Source: an uncultured candidatus Porisulfidus sp. (GTDB taxonomy: Bacteria > Pseudomonadota > Gammaproteobacteria > Poriferisulfidales > Poriferisulfidaceae). Taken from it: a stretch of 64,000 bases of DNA. Position numbers and translations under genes: made by a program. Below are positions 60,299 to 64,000 of this stretch, piece by piece. The stretch spans positions 1 to 64,000 of the forward strand of contig OZ241993.1 in the NCBI GenBank assembly GCA_965204575.1, read 5' to 3'. The notes below the pieces were generated by a model, which saw only the letters and a list, made by a program, of their open reading frames with translations, was not told where the DNA came from and did not search any database. How positions within the stretch are numbered: position 1 is the stretch's first letter; each line of letters starts with the position of its first letter.

Positions 60299-61333
60299 CT
60301 ACTCCATCAGGTTAACCGCCACTCCTTTTTCTTGCAGGTGCTCCGCCCGCACTTGAATGTAACGCTGGAATTCGTCGTATTCTAAATACGCTCCCGAAGC
60401 CACATAGTCCAGGATGGACTGCACGTGAAAGGCCTTGACATAGCCTTCGTTCCGGAAAACTTCCTTACCTTCCGGATCGAACATTACTTGCGTCGGGACG
60501 ACCTTGACTCCCAGGTGCATCGCCCAGTTCAAGGAGTCCGTCTCTTTCCCTGAGGGGGTTGTCAGCGGTGCTCTCTCGCGGATATCCAATACTGCGATCT
60601 CGAATTTCTCAAGAACGTCCCGCGTTTCCGGCCGGCGAAAAATATCCTGATGCAGTTCGTCACAGCCCAAGCACTCTTTTTGTTCGAACATGACTAACAG
60701 GGGCTTGTCAGGATCGCGCTTTGTCAGATCAAACGGCGGCCCGGACACAGTCGAAGACTCGACATGGAGAGTTCCGCTCCCGGCCTGCTTGTCCTGGCTT
60801 CCGTAGTACTCGACGAACCGCTCGCTCGTATAGCGTCGTTCCGAGATGAAACGCATCACAGCCCGGAACCGGGGCGGCGTGTAGTAGCCGTTCATGCGAA
60901 AGATGACCAAACCGTCCTCGCCAAAAACCAAAAGGGTCGGAGTAAACATCACCCGGACCTTCATTGCGAATTCGCTCTCGGGCAGAACCTCTCCATCCAC
61001 ATCGGTCACTTCCAGGGAGCCGAACATGTTGATTGCCACGATGTCGAAGTGCTGCTGGGCATATTCGGCAATGTCGTACTGGCCCAAGTCATTCTCAATG
61101 AACATCTTGCAGTACGGACAACCATCCTGATAGAAATACAACATCAGGTGGCGGTCTTCCGCAGAGGCTTCCTCAATATCCTCGTTCAGGTCCAGAAACG
61201 ACTGCTTGAACCACTCCGGATGGGGCACGTAGCCCGGATTGGTCATGTCCGAACCCAATGCGGGGTCAGACTCGGCCCAAGCCGCAGGCCAAGCCAGCGT
61301 ACAGATCAAAAGAGCGGCAAACAGCCTGCGCAT
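60299..61333 (-). CDS. soxW: Periplasmic double-thioredoxin protein, SoxW-like
   Basis: WFKQSFLDL, CPYC, FTPT, CLGC; in sox cluster. Confidence 0.75.
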   Translation of the reverse strand: MRRLFAALLICTLAWPAAWAESDPALGSDMTNPGYVPHPEWFKQSFLDLNEDIEEASAEDRHLMLYFYQDGCPYCKMFIENDLGQYDIAEYAQQHFDIVAINMFGSLEVTDVDGEVLPESEFAMKVRVMFTPTLLVFGEDGLVIFRMNGYYTPPRFRAVMRFISERRYTSERFVEYYGSQDKQAGSGTLHVESSTVSGPPFDLTKRDPDKPLLVMFEQKECLGCDELHQDIFRRPETRDVLEKFEIAVLDIRERAPLTTPSGKETDSLNWAMHLGVKVVPTQVMFDPEGKEVFRNEGYVKAFHVQSILDYVASGAYLEYDEFQRYIQVRAEHLQEKGVAVNLME

Positions 61334-61341
61334 AACTCCGG

Positions 61342-61809
61342 TTACTCTTCGAATTCCAGGTCGCTCATGACCTCATCGATCCCGGCTTGGGCGCAGACCT
61401 CGTCAATTTCCCCGGTCGCGCCGGAAACCCCCACACCCCCGTAGAACTGGCCTCCCGCCTCGATCGGCAGTCCGCCGCGCAAACGAGTCAATTTCTTGCT
61501 GGCACGCGCCAGGGGTTTTGGAACTTCCATGCTTGCCAGGCGCATGTTCGCTGAAGTCTTGGCCTTTTTCTTGGCGATTTTGACCGTGACCGGCGAAGCG
61601 AGCGCATGGCGTAACAACGCCTGGATCCGCCCATCGCGCGCCACCACTGCGGCCGTGACCTGGTAGCCTTCCTTGGCGCAATGCTCCAAGGCGGTCACCA
61701 CGATCCGCTGGGCAATGTCCGCGGTGATCAACTTGACCGTGACCGTATTGCCTGCGACGACAGGCGCCGCAAGGCAAAACAGCAATAAACCTGTAGCGAT
61801 TCGTTTCAT
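61342..61809 (-). CDS. GlcG/HbpS heme-binding protein
   Basis: Signal peptide; KKAKTS, GGLPI, GVGVSGA...DEVCA. Confidence 0.85.
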   Translation of the reverse strand: MKRIATGLLLFCLAAPVVAGNTVTVKLITADIAQRIVVTALEHCAKEGYQVTAAVVARDGRIQALLRHALASPVTVKIAKKKAKTSANMRLASMEVPKPLARASKKLTRLRGGLPIEAGGQFYGGVGVSGATGEIDEVCAQAGIDEVMSDLEFEE

Positions 61810-61829
61810 GAATTCCTCCTTTTGAAGTT

Positions 61830-63575
61830 TCAGAGCCCAATCCCTGGGTTGTTTTCAACGTTCAGCAGGCGCGGCTGGTTGAGCGTCGCAAGATTGACTT
61901 CCTTTCGCGAGAGCAGCCAATTCTTCACTATATCCCAAACCGGCGGCCCCGGCGCCACCGAGCCGACCACTCCCCAGCCCGTCACCTTGTAGCGGCGCTT
62001 CGGATCCAGCGCTGCGCCGTCACGGGTGCGCAGGTCCCGGAGCCTTTCCCCGATCGGGGCCATCGGGTCCAGGCTGTATTCGACCCCAGCCACGCGCACC
62101 ATGTCCCCTCCCTGCTGCTGGTAGGGATCCAGGTTGAAGAGGTTGTCCGCCACATCCTCCAGAATCAGCTTGATCTGCTCCCCGCTCATCTCGTTCATGT
62201 ACGTTTCCGGGTACGTGATGGCCGTCTGGGCCAGGACGTGCTCCATGGTCAGGGTTTTACCCGGCAATACGCTCGTCCCCCAGCGGAAGCCCGGAGACAG
62301 GGCGATTTCGGCATCGTAGTGCTCCAGAAGCGCCTCGCAGATGACCTGGTCGAAAGTCCCGTTGAAATTGCCCCGGCGGTACAGGGTCTGCCCCGCCACA
62401 GCAAGCGGCTGGTTCAGGGTTTCCAGGTGCGGGAACCGCGCCTGATCGATCCAGTTCTGCATTTCAGGATCCGGCGGAAGCAGCGAGGAGAATACCGGGA
62501 GCAAACGATAGCGAGCTTCGGCCATGCGACCCTGCTTCACTTGAAAATCCATGACGCCCAGGAATTTGCCATTCGACCCCGCATTGGTCACCAGCGTCAT
62601 CCCTCCGGAATTCTTGACTTCGATCGCCGCCGGCACCCCGTCGTGGGTATGCCCGCCGAAAATCGCATCCAGCCCCGACACCCGGGAAGCAAGTTTGAGA
62701 TCCACGTCCATGCCGTTGTGCGACAACAGCAGGACAAGGCCCGGATTGTGGCGTGCGCGAATTTCTCCGACCAACGCCTGCAGGGCGGCCTCCTGGATAC
62801 CGTAACTCCAGTCGGGAACGAATCGCCTGGGATTCGCAACCGGCGTGTACGGGAACGCCTGCCCGATCACAGCCACCTGCACACCCCCGACATCGCGCAG
62901 GGTGTAGGGCTGGAAGGCATGCCCGGTCTCCTCGTCGAATGCCGGACGTTCATCGAACAGGGCCTCTTCCGTCAGGAAAACGTTCTGGGCAACGAATTCG
63001 GCTTCCGACTGCGCCAGATTGGCACGCAGCGCTTCCTCTCCGTACGTGAATTCCCAGTGTCCGGTCATCACATCCACGCCCAAGCGGTTGCACGCTTCCA
63101 CCATGTCCGCGCCCTTGCTCCACATGGCGGTCGCCGACCCCTGCCAAGTGTCGCCACCGTCCAGCAGCAAGGTATTCCCTGCGCCCGCAGCCTCCCTCAG
63201 GCGCGAAATCAAGGTCGATAGATGCGCAAAGCCTCCCACCTTGCCGTATTTTTCCGCCAAAGACGGAAAATCGAGATAGGTCAGCGCATGCGCTTCCGCA
63301 CTGCCTGCACTCAGGCCGAAGTGATCCAGGAAAGCTTGCCCGACCAAGTGGGGCGGTCTCCCCTGCGCCGGCCCGAACCCCAGATTGGTGGACGGCTCGC
63401 GAAAGTAGACCGGCAGCAACTGCGCGTGGCAGTCGGTGAAGTGCAGGATTCTGACGTTGCCGAAAGATGGGAGGTCGTACAGGGCATCCGCAGCCCGCGC
63501 ACCGCGGTACGGCAGGATCCCTGCCGCTGAAGCCGCCACCATCACCGACAGAAATTCGCGTCGGTTCAGGTGCAT
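61830..63575 (-). CDS. soxB: Thiosulfohydrolase SoxB
   Basis: Tat RREFL, HFTDCHAQL, DGGDTWQGS, GHWEFT, GGHTH, RRGNFNG, QGGDMVR. Confidence 0.97.
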   Translation of the reverse strand: MHLNRREFLSVMVAASAAGILPYRGARAADALYDLPSFGNVRILHFTDCHAQLLPVYFREPSTNLGFGPAQGRPPHLVGQAFLDHFGLSAGSAEAHALTYLDFPSLAEKYGKVGGFAHLSTLISRLREAAGAGNTLLLDGGDTWQGSATAMWSKGADMVEACNRLGVDVMTGHWEFTYGEEALRANLAQSEAEFVAQNVFLTEEALFDERPAFDEETGHAFQPYTLRDVGGVQVAVIGQAFPYTPVANPRRFVPDWSYGIQEAALQALVGEIRARHNPGLVLLLSHNGMDVDLKLASRVSGLDAIFGGHTHDGVPAAIEVKNSGGMTLVTNAGSNGKFLGVMDFQVKQGRMAEARYRLLPVFSSLLPPDPEMQNWIDQARFPHLETLNQPLAVAGQTLYRRGNFNGTFDQVICEALLEHYDAEIALSPGFRWGTSVLPGKTLTMEHVLAQTAITYPETYMNEMSGEQIKLILEDVADNLFNLDPYQQQGGDMVRVAGVEYSLDPMAPIGERLRDLRTRDGAALDPKRRYKVTGWGVVGSVAPGPPVWDIVKNWLLSRKEVNLATLNQPRLLNVENNPGIGL

Positions 63576-63582
63576 GGGAATT

Positions 63583-63894
63583 TTATTGCAGGAAAGGATC
63601 GAGTCCGACTTTGCCAGCCTGCGAAGTCATTTGCTCGTAGCCCCGGTGTCCCTGGTGCTCCGCTTTCTTCGCCAACTTGATGGCCCCTTCGAAATCGCCT
63701 TCCTCAGCCTTTTTCTTGGCCTCTTTCAGCATCTTTGCGGTATCGCGCCATTCGCCGCTGACCGAAGCCGCTTTCTGCTGCGCAGCGACCGCTGCCTCGT
63801 ATGCCTTGTCGAAGCCCGCCTGATCGGCCGCCAACGCAACCGTCGAACCCAGGCACAAGGCCAAGACCACAAGAACTGGCATTCTCGATTTCAT
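63583..63894 (-). CDS. soxK: SoxAX-binding protein
   Basis: Signal peptide; GEWRDT motif; between soxA and soxB. Confidence 0.8.
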   Translation of the reverse strand: MKSRMPVLVVLALCLGSTVALAADQAGFDKAYEAAVAAQQKAASVSGEWRDTAKMLKEAKKKAEEGDFEGAIKLAKKAEHQGHRGYEQMTSQAGKVGLDPFLQ

Positions 63895-63901
63895 AATCGC
63901 C

Positions 63902-64000
63902 TCACTTTCGTGCTGCCGGCCCGTTCAGGGGCAAACCGTTGCTCATATGGGTATGGAAGTATTCCAGGTTCCGGTACTCCTCGCCCTGGGCCTCGAACGG
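63902..64000 (-). CDS. soxA: SoxA C-terminus (partial, runs off the window)
   Basis: QGEEYRNLEYFHTHMSNGLPLNGPAARK. Confidence 0.8.
   Translation of the reverse strand, partial: PFEAQGEEYRNLEYFHTHMSNGLPLNGPAARK

Noticed and set aside
1-64000. CRISPR array, integron, tRNA or rRNA genes
   Set aside because: No regularly spaced repeats, cas genes, integrase/attC pattern or RNA-gene signatures seen by eye.

Overview
GC-rich gammaproteobacterial DNA from a sulfur oxidiser: a complete reverse-Dsr operon dsrABEFHCMKLJOPN, soxA(partial)-soxK-soxB-soxW, a cbbQ-like gene and housekeeping genes (grxD, rnt, argG, mlaA, slyD, ispB, ppk1, ppx, ilvD). These are interleaved with many toxin-antitoxin genes, AAA ATPases and IS elements. 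The standout is a candidate RNA-guided porin switching system. Five porin paralogues carry a large hypervariable central insertion, but only one (21428) has a promoter, RBS and ATG. The other four have no usable start, and their homology ends at or just upstream of a shared site ATTT-CT-AAT in the signal-peptide codons. The promoter/RBS/ATG lies on a 276-bp module bounded by two direct copies of that site. An intact IS110-family (Piv-like DEDD) recombinase at 19067-20239 is followed by a structured non-coding RNA whose two predicted target-guide segments (CAUUUCUA and GCAAUUAGA) spell out this porin site (CATTT-CT-AATTGC), while its donor-binding loop looks degenerate. An orphan RNA of the same family at 1336-1608, whose guides match its own flank and end, acts as an internal control for reading the guides. 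All alignments were done by eye and the functional model is inference.
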